A DNA stretch of 64,000 nt from Carcharhinus amblyrhynchos (taxonomy: Eukaryota). The notes under the pieces were generated by a model. The model saw nothing but the letters and a program-made list of their open reading frames with translations, searched no databases and was not told the DNA's origin. Numbering within the stretch: the stretch's first letter is position 1; each line of letters begins with the position of its first letter. Of this stretch, positions 1 through 14,300 are shown piece by piece. The stretch lies in NCBI GenBank assembly GCA_965287045.1, contig OZ336885.1:66278001-66342000 (forward strand), written 5' to 3'. Made by a program: the position numbers and the translations under genes.

Positions 1-500
1 GTCCAAATTAGGGAACGTAAAATTTGAAAACACAGCGATGGAGGTTAGCATCGTCTCTGGTAAAGCGTGCACATGATTGTGGTATGTTCACACATTTAGG
101 GGAATGTCGGCTGTTGGTGGTATCCAAGATCGGCACGTTCAGCATATTTATATGGTTGTTTTAAAGTATTTTTGCGCGATATTTATTAGGCTACCATTTC
201 AATTCAATCCCTAATTGTTATTTAGGAGCTACCTGTGAGCGCACTCTGCGACGACTGCAGTCAATGGGCCCATTATTATTAGCGGGACATATGCAAGTTT
301 TCCAATTTGGGGCTATTCATGTTTTGATATTCTGTCTTATTGAAAACACTGCTATGTGGGCAGACCAATCCGCGTGCGACACAGTGCCAGTTCACTTATA
401 GGTGAATTGAAATGAATGTGTCTCCATTGAACACTTCCTGAGTAGGTGAAGTTGTGCAGAAAGAGCTTAAGTTTTGGGCTATGTGTGCCAACCTAGAGAA

Positions 501-1402
501 GTAAGAAGTCTCACAACACCAGGTTAAAGTCCAACAGGTTTAATTGATAGCAAACGCCACTCGCGTTCGGGGCTCTACCCCTTCATCAGGTCAGTGGGAA
601 GTTTTGATCACAAAAAGGGCATATAAAAACCCACACTCAGTTTACAGAATACTGATTAGAATGCGAGTCTTTACAGGTAATCAAGTCTTAAAGGTGCAGA
701 CAATATGAGTGGAGAGAGCATTAAGCATAGGTTAAAGAGATGAATATTGTCTCCAGCCGCGACAGTAACTGAGATATCGCAAGTTCAGGCAAGTCATCGG
801 GGTTACAAATAGTGTGACATTAACCCAAGATCCCTGTTGATGCCATCCTCATGTGCATGGAATTTGGTTATCAGTCTACTCAGCGACTCTGCGCTGTCGT
901 GTGTCGTGAAGGCAGTCTTAGAGAAAGCATACCCGAAGATCAGAGGCCGAATGTCCCTGACCGCTGAAGTGTTCGCCAACGGAAGAGAACAGTCTTGCCT
1001 GGTGAGTGTCGAGCGGTGTTCATTCATCGGTTGTGGTAGTGTCTGCATTGTCTCCCTTCTGTGTCATGCCTCGGGACATCCTTTCCTGCAGCGTATCGGG
1101 TAGACAGCGTTGGCCGATTTGCAAGGGTATGAACCGTGTGCCTGGTGGATGGTGTTCTCACGTGAGATGGTGGTATCCGTGTCGATGATCTGGCATGTCT
1201 TGCAGAGGTTGCTATGAAAAAGATGTGTGGTGTCGAGGTCACTGTTCTCCTGAATGCTGGGAAGTTTGCTGCGGACAATTGCCCCTTTGTGGTTGTGCGG
1301 TTGTTTGAAGGCAATAAGTGGGGGTTTGGGTTTGGCCTTGGCGAGATGTTCGTCTTCAAAAATGGCATGTTGAAGACTCCGGAGAAGATGTCGTAGTGCC
1401 AC
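501..1402 (-). mobile_element. Penelope-like retroelement, 3' fragment (GIY-YIG endonuclease region plus terminal repeat), decayed
   Basis: Minus-strand frames give PLIAFKQP...CKTCQ...NAVYPIRCRKGCPEA*...ETMQTL..MNEHRS...GINRDLG, the typical PLE GIY-YIG region with stops/frameshifts; the terminal segment 508-590 is homologous to the arms at 33368-33640. Confidence 0.85.
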
Positions 1403-3461
1403 ACTTAAAATGAAAGTCTATGAACTTGAAACTGTCAATGTACAAGGAAGGGAGTATGATTTGAATGATCACTAATGCATAAAGAAATTGTGACATCAAG
1501 ATAGGGAGGGTTGTGTGATTGAATGGTATGGTTCAGTTAGCAGTAGACAGTGGTTAGGCAACGGTGACATTCGGAGAGACAAGATAGAGGTGAAAGATCA
1601 TCAGTTGTTGAGTTTGATAACAGTGAAACCGACACGTCTGCCGTCTTGCCTGCGCCTGAAATAAAACAGGCGTTTATTTTGCTTTTGTTTTCTGTACTTT
1701 GTCAGTAGAGTTGTATAATATGCCATTTAAAGACGTTATCTAGATGTGTATTCAATATTGCCAGAATTCCCGCTGACACTCTCTTTTCATGCAGTAGGTT
1801 GCAGTCTCCCGCCACGCCCTACATAACAGCATTTTCCATGTATCCACTCTAAATCTGTTGCCGGTTAATTTACTTCCATAATTTGTATCTGTTGATCCCT
1901 CAGCTAACAGGAAACTCTTCCTACCATACACTTACATGTATTACCAGTTAAAACGCCTGTCGTAATGTAGGAGATGTTCTTAGTGAAGCAACATCTTGGC
2001 AAATTGAACTGGTTCCCTTCCTAACGCAAACGCATTATTTTTGTATACAATGCGTTGCCCTGAACGGCACACAGTACTTTTGTGGTGGCCTAAATGTTGT
2101 ATAGCGCCATCATAACTTCCATGCTCAGACAGTCTGTGCCTCAGCAATTGAAATGCAACCACCACATATAACAATTTTGCTGCCGTCAGATGTGAATGGT
2201 ACAGTCCTCAATTTGGGATCAAAGCCTGAGCGTCTAAAGGAATTAACGAGTTGTGGGAGCTGGTTGAATTGACATTATTCGTGGATTGTTTTCATTAGAG
2301 TGGCCTTAGATATATGTTGATATTCAACTGTGGACAGATATACTGTTACAAGCAAAGCGCTAGTTTGCTGGAGCAGTTGCACAGTGGTCCAGTTGAATGC
2401 AACTGAAACATTTTTTTTTTCACGCCAGGCAGTATCGTCATTGCATTGAAAGAATCCATCTGCAATTAAGGCTTCTGTCAAAAAATAGTGTATCAGGACG
2501 TCAGTGTTAATTATCGTATCCGCCCGTAAGGGAAGAAACTCTGCTGCATCCCGTTGTTAAGCCTACAGACGGAATGATAGATGTTTATGTCATTACTTAA
2601 GGACCCAGGGAAACGGCATTGCAAACCAGTCAGCTGCATTGCTCTGTCAAAATCAGAAAGGATAAATGAATTCGGAGGGACAACCTAGCACAAAATACAT
2701 AACGAAAACGCCAATGCACAGCATGTCATGCCAACTCTTGAAATTACTCCTGAGAAATAACCTGTTTTTTTTGACATAATCATTTGTGTTGTCCTATCAA
2801 GTAGACAATCAATAGCATGATTTGCTTACACTTACTTAAACATACATTGCAAAGGTTTGACGGAACACGTCCCATACTTTTGACATTTCACTTTCATTCA
2901 ACTGTACATCAACGGCTGGATACTTGCCACTCCGTTCACTTTCTACTTTGAACATGCTTCCCAAAGTATGCATGTGTCAATATGTCACTTTATCTGGTTA
3001 TGTGAAATATTGATTAAGGTGATGGCATATTTCAATGAAAGTCTTTTATTTCGTCGACAGTGCATTCACTATCAGTGTATGAAGTCAGATTGGTGTAAGG
3101 AAATGTTGGTGCATGTAATCTATTTCGATAACATTGTCAATGTGCAGGGATCTACCCAGGGAACAAATAATGTTTCTCCACAGCAAATATTGCAGGTGTA
3201 TCATACAACTCCATTGATGTCAACTTCGACTTGACACCCGGGCTAATCAACAGCAAACAGGACTATTCGACCAAGGAAACACGCTCACGCAACAGCAGAC
3301 GGTTTGTTTCAAAATCATTAGAGCTCCTCCATCAGGCCACCAGTTCCACACGCCAATCACAAAGAGCTTGAAATAGTTTTGCCTTGCGGAAAATGCCCCA
3401 GATATCATCAACGCCATCACTCGGTGTCTCACTTCCATCCTAGATGAGAGCACAGCATAAT

Positions 3462-6400
3462 CCCTGATGTTGCTCGTCCATCATCGTTGATGAGGACCTC
3501 GACACCATTAGCCATTTTGAGGCTGGATGCGATGTGTCCGAAGATGACTGATCAGGCCAATTCGGGCACAGAATTACCTGGCACATATTGAACTGACTTG
3601 TGTAGGCACTGTAGTTGTTGCGCTGTGGCTCTGGACTTCCGCAACTCGCGCTTAAGTTGTGCTTCAGCAATGCACCTTGTTTCAAAGCTTGACAGCCCTT
3701 GTGGATGAGGCAGCACCAGGTAGGGCGGTTTTGCGCCAGCGTTTCCCTGTTCGTGTCTATGTCAAGCGACTTCAGAGAGGCCTTGAGTGTGTCTTTGTAA
3801 CGTTTCTTCTGCCCTCCATACGAACGTCTTCCAGCAGAGATTTCCGCAAAAGGAAGCTGTTTGGGTATGGGCTCGTCTGGCATACGGATGACATGAGCTG
3901 CCCACCGGGTCTGTGTTTTCATCAGCAGTGTGTGGACTGGTGGTAGGCTTGCTCTACAGAGAACTTCAGTGTCTGGTACTTTGTCTTGCCATCTGTTGCG
4001 TAATGTTCTGCGAAGAAAAGTCATGCAAAAATGACTGGGCTGTCTTGCATGCCTTCGATCACAGTCCACGTTTCACAGGCATACAGAAGGGTAGTGAGTA
4101 CCACGGCGCTGTAAGACCTTCAGTTTTGTTGTTGGGCTGATTCCTCGATGTTCTCATACAGTTGAGTGCATTCTACCACTGAACTTGTCTTTACTATTCT
4201 GCAGTTAACTTCTGCAACAATAGTCACTGCAGGGAGAGGCTGCTGTCATAGTAATTGAACCGGTCCACTGCCTGTAGTTTCTGCCCTTTGATCGTGATTT
4301 TGGGTTCTGTGTACGATGAATGAGGAGCAGACTGGTGCATGATTTCTGTGTGTTTAATGCTGATGGTGAGTCCAATGTTGTCACAAGCCGTGGAATATTT
4401 GTCCATACTGATTTGCATCTCTGGCCCTAAGCCAGTAAACAGGGCGCAGTCATCGCCAAAGAGGAAATCTGTCAGAACAGTCTCCTTCACTTTGGTAATA
4501 GCTTGAAGCCTCCTCAGGTTGAAAAGCTTTCCATCCACTCTGTACTTGATGCTGATTACAGCAACACTGTTATGGAAGGCATCATTCAACATGGCAGTAA
4601 ACATCATGCTGAACAGTGTGGGTGCGAGCACACCGCCCTGTTTGTTGCCATTGGTGATTGGGAATGCCTCAGAAGTTTCTCCGCCATCCAGTACTTTGGC
4701 CATCATGTCATCTTGGAACTGGCGTACCATCTGAATGAATTTGGTTGGGAGGTGGGTGGGGGGGGGAGGTGGGGGGAAGTGAAGCAGCCAAACTTTGACA
4801 TGATCTTCCACAGGCCGTGTTGGCTGACAGTGTCCAAGGCTTTCAAGAAATCAACAAAAGCTGTGTAGAGCTCGCAGTTCTGCTCCTGACACTTCTCCGG
4901 AAGTTGGCGTGCAGCAAAAATCATGTCAGTAATCCCGCGACCTTTGTGGAAGCCACACTATGACTCTGGAAGCAGGCAAATCTCCAGACTAGTAACCAGA
5001 CGATTTAGCAGGACTCTCGTGAGGTTTTTTTTTCCTGTAATGGAAAGCAGCGAGATTACTCGGTGGTTGTCGCATACTTGCCGATTGCCCTTCCTCTTGT
5101 CGAGGTGTACCGTGGAGGCATTTTTAAGTTCCTGAGGAATGTATCCTTGCTTCCAAAAGGACTGGAACAACTCGGTGAGCTTTTCGATAAGTACAGGACC
5201 AGCAGCTTTGTAGATCTCTGCGGGTATGGCATCTACCCCTGGAGCCTTGCCACTGGATAGCTGGCTGACAGCTTTTGTGACTTAGGCTACTACCAGTAGG
5301 TCATCCATGGCGCTTTTGATATCGGCCTGGGGAATCCTGACTATTGCTCCATCGATAATACATGATAGTCGGTTGAGGATGGCTTCTGCAGGACCTGAGC
5401 CCTCTCTGTGTTGTACCATCTGTACTCAGGAGGGGAGAACTCCCGAGAGATTGAAGTTCGTAAATAGTGTTGAGGTCTTCACTGTTTCACGTTGTTTCTG
5501 TAAGTGTATCCCTGTATCTTATCTGCCTTGGCTCTGAACCAGGCTTCCTGCATTTTACAGTTTATTCTGGACTGTCCTGCGAGCACTGATAAAAGCATTT
5601 TTCTTGGCAGTTGGTGTTGGGTCATTCTGACAGACCCAATGAAGACAAGTAGAGCTTATATCTCCTCATCATTTTCATCGAACAATTCATGCTGCTGCGG
5701 GTAGAGGATCCAAGCACCATCAGTGCAGATGAGTGGACAGCATCTCTGAAGCGTTTCCAAACATCCTCAGCGCTGCCTGCGAGGTGAAGCTCAACAAGCT
5801 TGAGCCTTCAGCCAGTGCTGACGTTATGCTGGGGTTCTTTAGCTTGGCCACATTGATTATTTTCATAACCTTGCTTCCTTGCGGTTGCCTCTTGGGTCTG
5901 ATGCGGAGCTCATTTTGGAGACAATGAGTCTGTGATCTGTCCAGCATTCAGCATTACACATGGCCTTGGTCACTCTGACATCTTGACAATGCCTTTTCTC
6001 CTGACAATGGCATAGTCGATAAGATGCCAATGCTTAGAGTGGGGGTGCATCCAGGAAGCCTTGATACGGGGAAGCAGACGTAAGACTGCGTTGGCGATGT
6101 GGAGATCGTGTGCTGCACACGTTCTCATTAAGAGTAGCCCATTACTGTTACATTTGCCCATTCCATGCCTCCCAATGACCCCGTGCTAGATTGCAGAGTG
6201 GCACCCTACTCTTGCATTGAAATCGCCAAGCAAGTTCAGCTTGTTGGTACTGCTCACTGCTGATAGTACTGGTGTCTAATTCTTCGTAGAACTTACCTTT
6301 CATCTCACCCGGGTTGTTCATTGTGAGGCATAGGCTCTGACGATGGTGGCTTAACTTCTGTTCCGTAGCGGAAGTTGTAATATCATAAGCCGGCCGTTCA

Positions 6401-7495
6401 CACCCTTGGGTAGACTATCAAGTTTCCAAACAAGGTGACTCCTGACGGTGAATCCAACTCCAGCATCACGACGCTCATCGCTGCCGCGATCGCTCCAGAA
6501 AATAAGCGTATCCACTCCAGTTTTATTCAACTGACCTACGCTTGCAAGATGAGTTTCACTCAGGGCTGCAATGTCAATGTTGCATCTTGCAAGCTCTCTG
6601 GCAACTAAGGCTGCTCTTCTCTCTGGTCTGATTGCTGAAGGGTTGTCCAAAAGCGTGTGCACGTTCCAAGTGCCAATGGTGAACGGTGTCACCTTGTGCT
6701 TTATTTTGTTTGTTCGGAAGCAAGATGGGATCACCGCCAGCCGTAGTAAACTGGTCAGGGTGTAGTGAAGCAGCCACTGTTTAGGGCATCTTTTCTAGCC
6801 CCTCCCTCATTCTACGGAAGTGAGCAGTGCGTTCCTGAAGAGGACTGCTCAGTCGCCCAGGTAGACGCCGATTCTCAATGCTGCTTCCGTCGCAGAAAAC
6901 AACCATTAGACCTGACGCGCCTGTGTTCAGATCCATGACTACAGCTCCGAGTGTATCCACAGCTGTTGCTTCGTCGCTCGTCTATCGTCACAAGACTTCA
7001 AAGGTTGAACAGAATGATGATGATGAAGATGACGATGGGGGTGTCGAGACTAGCACTTGATTTGGATTAAAGTAAGGAAAAGCTGTGCAGGGTCAGCCTC
7101 ACTCTCTCTCCCCAAGTCCCATCTGCATCCAGTGGCAAGACAAGAGTCAAGACTGCTGGAGATGTGACTAGGCATAATGGATGAAGAGGACGTTTTCTGT
7201 ATCTTGTCCTGCCCTTCGCGTTCCACTATGCTTGCAGAGACTGTCTTCTTCACTGTTGGACCTTCTATTGATATCGTCTACTCAATCCACCGGAGACTGT
7301 CTTCACGCGCTGGGATAAATAACTCCCTATTTCACTGAGGGTTGAGTCCCGCCGGTTACCCTCACCTGGTTTAGCCGACTTGTCAAAGCCGTTGCCTGGG
7401 GTGCGGCCGCTGTCGCATGCAATCAGCCACGGGGAGCCACAGGCAAGGCCTGAGTGCAAGGTGGGGACAAAGAGTGGACAAACTGTCAGCTGGCT
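3462..7495 (-). mobile_element. Near full-length RTE-clade LINE (APE endonuclease plus reverse transcriptase), frameshifted
   Basis: IGTWNVHTLLD..RPERRAALVARELARCNIDIAALSET (APE N-terminus), [92 protein letters not shown]. The 5' boundary is uncertain (7040-7495 may be 5'UTR or a second piece). Confidence 0.92.
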
Positions 7496-10400
7496 GTAGT
7501 GTTCTATGTTCTATTGAGAGTTATAGATAGGCCTGGTAGCTATGGAAATGATCAGCACAACCTATGGGCCGAAGGGCCTGGTTCTGTTGCAGTGTTCTAT
7601 GCTCTATGTTCTATTAAACCACACCGAAAAGGACGCGACATGACCACCAGAGGTACCACCCCTCCCGGACATCCCATACACCCTATAATCCCTGATAAGA
7701 TGAACTCGAATGATTGTAATTAGCATCTGCCACATATTGCTGCGTGCCGCAACCCTTGTACTAAATGAAAACAAAAAAAATGCTTCAGATCAAGAACATC
7801 AAATTTTCTCGACATGCTATCAGAATCAACAAAATCTACTTCAAACTGCAACTTTGTGTTGGATACTTCCACCACTCCAGCATTGCCATTACATCCAGAG
7901 GTCAACATTGGTTCAATGGGGGTTGAAAGGGTGCATGTTAGGAGTAATAACAGGCATATTTAAAGACGGACTTTCACTCTTTTGAAGGGACGACTCAAGA
8001 TTTTTCGCTTTCCAAACATCGGATAATATTTGCAACTGATGCGTCTAACTGAAAGCACAAACACGGATTACGATGTTTTACTCTATTATCCTGTGATATC
8101 TTGCCACGAAGGCTGATGGGACAGTCCAAAAACAAATGGCAGGAGAAAGAGGCACATATATTATCCACCTCATTGATGAAGGTATGAAGCATAATGTGCA
8201 CAACCGAATAGAGAGCTGTTTGTTATGATTTTCAGCACGAAATCTACACGGAAGATCAATCTCGGCTTCTGTGAAGGTCCAGGGCATCACAGATATGGGA
8301 TTTCAAGCGGTCAGATTACTGCAACTGATAGCAAGGAAACGACCGAACGCACTGGATATTTCAATAACCACCGAATGACTATAGACTGGATATATTATTG
8401 GAGGCATAATTTCCAGAATGAGTTGCATTTCGGATCCTCCTCCATTAACACGGAAACATCGAATTTTCACCATAATGTGCAAAATTACTGAAGTATGCTG
8501 AACGAAGGGCAGCATCAACTGGCAAATAACTATTCCATTAAGCGAATCGCATGAGCCATTTTTGTTTTCTCGAACTTGTTTTCATAAAAGTGCCTTGAGG
8601 TGGTTCGTACATAATAATGAATAAACGTTGTGTCCACCTCTGACCTCATTACAGTCAGAAATGGACACAGAAGCTTGAGGCATAATTTAAATCGAGATTA
8701 ACTGTTCTTCACATTAATGGAAAGTTTTAACGATTTTATTTCCAATGACCCATAGCAGAACGAAAGCGAATGTTTGGCTATAAATGCGACTTGTTGGACT
8801 CTCACCATGCACAAATGAAGTTGACTGTCGAGAACCGCTTCACAGTTCTGCCTTTGCTGAATACTTCACGCCATATCATCTCCAGTTGCTTCATCAAGGA
8901 CCTTCCATTTCTTCTAAATTCACTAATACGGATGATTTCCAAACTTTCGTTCATTAAGTGCTCTTCATCTTCGTGCTTAGCTTGTTCTGAGGATGTGAAT
9001 ACATTGACACTGTGCATTCCCAATTGTCCTTGAACTGTAGTTTTTTTTTATCGGAGTGCATTTAAAGTCAGGCACATTTCATTATGTCTGTATCTTAATT
9101 CTGGATCATGTAAAAGCAATATATTTCGTTCCCCAAATAAACGGTATCAGGTGGGTTTCTTATGGCGATTTTTTGTGGTTTCATGATCACCAGTAGGCAT
9201 TTAATGCCAGTATATTTTAACTTCAACATCACCATCTGCTTTGGAGGGACTTGAATTCTCTTCGCTATGTCCATTATCCTGGATCTCTTGATTACCAATT
9301 CAGAAAAAAAAATCACCGCCTTCTGCGGTGAACCATGGACATTTCCGATTTTTCATCTAAGCGTTAATTCAGGATATACAAGTATCCATATCTGTGAGGT
9401 GCACGGTAGCAGAGAAAGGAAATAAAGTTCAATAACTTGCATTCCCACAGCTCCAAATACACCCAAATGTATCGAGAGAATCCACGACTGTTTTGGCACT
9501 CCTTCCAGAATCAACGCACAGAGCAGCAGTGTCTACCATCTGCAAGATTACTGTGAAAGATCTCCAGATTTATTTGAAAACACGCCAATTGTGCAAATTT
9601 ACCAATCAGGACGCAGTTCCGGCGGAGGAATAGGAGTGTCCCCTCGATACCAAACGCCATGCTGACTTGGACTAGATCCAATTTTCTTCATTGTTTTTTG
9701 GGTCTATATCATGATTTTTTTTGTCAAGAGCACGGCAGGTGTTACCTGCAAAATACCCTGCAGCATTTACGGAAGCACGTTTGCCATATCTGCTCAAGTT
9801 GTATAACGAGTACTTGTTCCGTAGAAGCGACGCTTAAGTGCTGAGAACGAGTGTTGATTGAAATACATTTGCTTTTTTTTCACCGTAGTAGTGTTCGAAT
9901 ATTTCACCGCCTTGACAATGCATGGCGAACTGTGGGTGCGTCAAAGTCGGAGGTTAATATATATTTTTGGAGAGGGCATTATAAAGAAAATTGAGTAATC
10001 TTTGGAATGCAGAGCAAGTTGCGGACATTCCCGGATGACACATTTCCACTAACTTCCGCAAACCAGCGCGTAGGTAATGCTTTAAAAAAAATCCTGTCTG
10101 TTTAATTGGAAGTTTTTCCTGGTGTTCTTAGCCAATTCTCCAGTTGAAACAAATATCTCGATTTCGGTGGAACATTTGTGGGGACATTGGTGAAAATACA
10201 TGTGCGAACTTTATACCATGTGCTCCCACAACATTCAAAGGGAATATCACTTACTGATTCAGGGTAAATATTGCGTGAGTTGTATTGTTACTAAATACAT
10301 GTAATACGGATACGAAGGGATCAATGATATCCATGTGCTCTGTAAAATAGAAAATCTATACCCAGGATCCTAGCTTATTGCTAGTGGCATCCAAGTGGCA

Positions 10401-10646
10401 ATTTGTCTTGCGTATTTCGAAAGCACTTTTGCCTGAAATTCACTTTGACTTGTGGCTTCTAACGTCAGAGTTCATTTAAGGATATATTTGATTCATTTTC
10501 TCTGCAGTTGTAAGCAGCTTTCTTTTCTAAAAAAAATGTTTGTTGCCGATCATTGGATTTTATTTTATTGCTGCTTAAAATGGTTTGAATGGAGATTTTT
10601 GAAAAATCTTACTTTGGGCCTCATACGTTTCCTGGGAGTCATAGAG

Positions 10647-11245
10647 TCATAGAGGTTTGCAACATGGAAACAGGCCCTTCGGCCCAACTTGTAAATGCTG
10701 CTCTTTAAAAAATAAACCGAAGCTAATCCCAGTTGCCCGTATTTGGCCCATAGCCCCCTATACGCATCATATTCATGTAACTATCTAAGTGCTTTAAAAA
10801 AAATTGTATCCGCCTCTACTACTACCTCTGCCAGCGTGTTCCAACACTCACCACCCTGTGTGTGAAAAAGTTGCCCTTCTGGACCCTTTTGTATCTCTCC
10901 CCTCTCACCTTAAACCTATGCCCTCTAGTTTTAGACCCCAGTACCTTTGGGAAAAGATATTGACTATCTAGCTGATCTGTGTCCCTCATTATTTTATAGA
11001 CCTCTATAAAATCACCTCCCAGCCTCCTACGCTCCAGAGGAAAAAAAATCCAGTCTATCCAGCCTCTCCTTATAACTCAAACCATCAAGTCCCGGTAGCA
11101 TCCGAGTAAATCTTTGCTCACTCTGTCTAGTTTAATAATATCCTTTCTATAATAGGGTGACCAGAATTGCACACAACCTTCAAAGAATGGCCTTACCTGC
11201 GTCTTGTACAACTTCAACACGGCATTCCAACTCCTGTATTCAGGA
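10647..11245 (-). mobile_element. CR1 (HER1-like) LINE 3' fragment
   Basis: LYKTQVRPFFEGCVQFWSPYYRKDIIKLDRV is the CR1 ORF2 C-terminus; (agtcatag)2 tail and aggcccttcggcccaac 3' motif. Confidence 0.88.
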
Positions 11246-11329
11246 TAAGATATAAGATAGGTTTGTGCTCTTATCACATGATCCAAGCACTCTTTAAAAG
11301 TCTGCATTATAATTCACATTTCATTACAG

Positions 11330-11344
11330 AACGTCTGAAGGAAA
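11330..11344 (+). CDS. micro-exon 1 (15 nt): (E)RLKE
   Basis: ttcacatttcattacag|aacgtctgaaggaaa|gtaagt; first residue assumes an upstream exon ending in G. Confidence 0.7.
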
Positions 11345-14300
11345 GTAAGTGAATGCTTGTTATATTCACTCCACTTGTAAATCGAGAGGAAGAAGCAACA
11401 GATGAAGACAAATGGAATGGAAGTACACCTTGAAAATGTTGACTGCCCTATTAAATGTTAATTCAAAGTTTCATGCGACTGCAAGATTCTCAAAGTGCTA
11501 GCGTCTCTCCGAGTTTATAACTTCATGGCCGGGGAGTGTGTGTGTGTGTGGGGGGGGAGGGGGGGGGCGGGGGGGGCTGCAGGTTGCGGGGTGGTTTGAA
11601 GAGTTGACTTCGGTAGGCACGCCAGCATTTGCTATTCATTCCAATGTTTTCGCATTGCTGAGGGCAGATTTCAGTTTTTGTTTTCTAGATACGTACAGCG
11701 CTATCGATGAATTGTTAACTCCCCTCGAAGACATGAAATCATCATTTTTTGTTGATAAACATCCGATGTTTTAAGCATTGATGGTTCTTTCACAAGAAAC
11801 TAATCCTGCAGTCAAGATCTCATTAAGCTTAATTAAGCCAGGTGCCGAAATTTCACTCAAACCGATATTCCCCCAGCGTTTGCCTGATTAATTAAGGGAC
11901 TCGGTGATGTCATCATTTACTGATTTGAAGAGCCTCAGACTCAGTTAAGTGATTTCTACATCTATTTTTTTCTACAGTGCAAGTTTAGCTGTACAAACAT
12001 ATGAGACCGAATGCCACATCGTCCATTTTTATTCGATTTTGTAACATACCACAACATCCATAGAATCTTTGCAGTGCAGATAGAGGTCATTCAGCCCTTT
12101 GAGTCTGCAGCGATCGCAGTCACACCAGGCCCTATTCCCGTGATCTCACGTGTTTACCCGGCTGGACCACTGTCACGAAGGTCAACTTAGCATGACCAAT
12201 CAACGTAACTCGCACATTTTTGAACTGTGGCAAGAATCCCAAGCACCCGGAGAAACCCACGGAGACAAGGGAAAAATGTGTAAACTCCACACAGACAGTA
12301 ACCATCGACCGGAATTGAACCCGGATGTCTGGCGCTCTGAAACAGTATTATTAACCATTATGCCATAGTGCAGCCTGAATCCCTTTGCTGCAAAAACGTA
12401 AAATAAAGTTTGCACTAAGGATACCCACATTTGTCAATAATTGTGACGGGATTTCGACAGCCCAAACGCACGGAAAATTAATATCTTAACTATTTGTTCA
12501 CTGTGCAATCCTGTTGTTAAAACGCAGAACGCAAATATTATTCTGCGGAATATCATGCACCCCGTATGGAATCGCATTGTACTATGTAACAGATATACCC
12601 ACGACTGGGTCTAAGACCGCAGGTTTTTGTCCTGAGAAATATTCTGTCAAAATCAAATGGCCTTGGAAGAACACGGCATCTCAAAACATCAAGTGGTGGA
12701 TTAAGATCGCCTTTTCTGTAAAATAACAACACGAGTGTTGTCTGGTACTATCAGGATGCTGCCATGCATCCTTACATCCAGCAAAGTTATTCCGTTTTGA
12801 TATAAATTCCAATGCCAGGTATGAAGTTGCACTTCCTAATGCTGTTGCTGCTTACATCGAACAACTTGTCTGTTCAATAGCTTGAAGTCAGCTGAATACT
12901 GAACGCAAAACGCGTACCCTTACTAATAAAACTGAGAATACAATCTCCAAAGTCTCATGTCATTATGAAATTGGCTATCAACTGGTGAACAATCAGGGCT
13001 GTGCTGAATACTACACTGACAAGAATTTTGGTATCATTAGTCTACTCGTGTGTATCCAGCCCACTTTGGTATCTTTGCGTGATCGATACATATACACAAT
13101 CAGAGATTAAGCCCATATAGATTTAACCAAAATTCTACAACATAATATTTGAAGATAATATTATTAGAATTCACGTTCAGAGTGGGTTTTTGTAGCTGTA
13201 TGTTTTTAGAAAGTGTGAATGTTCCTTCTCTTGGAATGCAACATTATTGTATCTCTGCTCGTGGGTGCAACATGAAGATTATGGCGAAATGTTACTATTT
13301 CCATGGATATAATTCTGTTTCATTTACTCAGCTATTATTAGACCCACGTTCATTTTATACATGACCTTTATTTTGCAGAAAAAGACTGACATGAAGCATT
13401 TCATTACTTTTCGTTGTCTGCAACATCAATTTCATTGCCTTAATTGCATATGTGTTTTTTTCTATAAAAATCGTATAATGTTTGCTAATTAGCATACGTA
13501 TTCATAATTGACTGTTGCATATCTGAAACTTCTCATTATTAAAGTTTTATTACCACTGATGCCAAAATTAGTATGTATTTCGGATATAAAACACTACACT
13601 TTTTTGACATTAGAGGTGCATTACAAATCACAAAAAGAACATTCATTTTAAGTACTGCTATGTGCGTTAACGATTGTAGGCTAAATTCTGGCAGAAAATG
13701 GGACATGCCATTTTGCAGACACATCTGCGGCTCTTTGTACGTCAATTTCTATTTTACCATTTACATTCGACCCGGTTACTAACTTCCATTCTCTGCCAAT
13801 CGAAACAGAATTGTTTGAAGCAGCAAAGTGATATTTAATATCATAGAAATTGGATACTGTTTATGGATGAAAAATCGTTTCAAGCTTCTGAAACAGTTCT
13901 TGTTCTTTTGGACTATCGTATGACACCCAATCATTGTCTGCGTAACCTTAAACGGCAGAGTGAACAAATTCAGACAAATGTGAAAAAGAAAATGCTTATT
14001 CTCACAGGTGCAAAAATAAAGAATGGGTTCGCCTGTCATCGGACTGTGAACTGTGTTGCCCTGAGATTCCCTGCTATTTCCCTTTTATTCCTTCTATCAT
14101 GTGCCTATGAAGGAACATGGGGAAGTAATAAGTAATGCAGGAAGCCTTATCTATTCCTGGCAAATAAGATAGTGCTCATATTCTGAGGTCACTGAGATGG
14201 CTTGAGCAGGGGTACCTGTAATTACACTGCAATTTTTTTTTAAGGCCCGGGGAAGCCTGTTCCAAATTCATCGTGGCAACTGGCGGAATTTTTCTGGAAT

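Noticed and set aside
3184-3195. 12-nt exon-like segment (tttctccacag|caaatattgcag|gtgtat)
   Set aside because: Weak donor, size outside the observed classes, too short to evaluate.
8200-9350. Cluster of short ORFs that might be a decayed coding sequence
   Set aside because: No family motif recognised in any frame; a BLASTx search would be needed.
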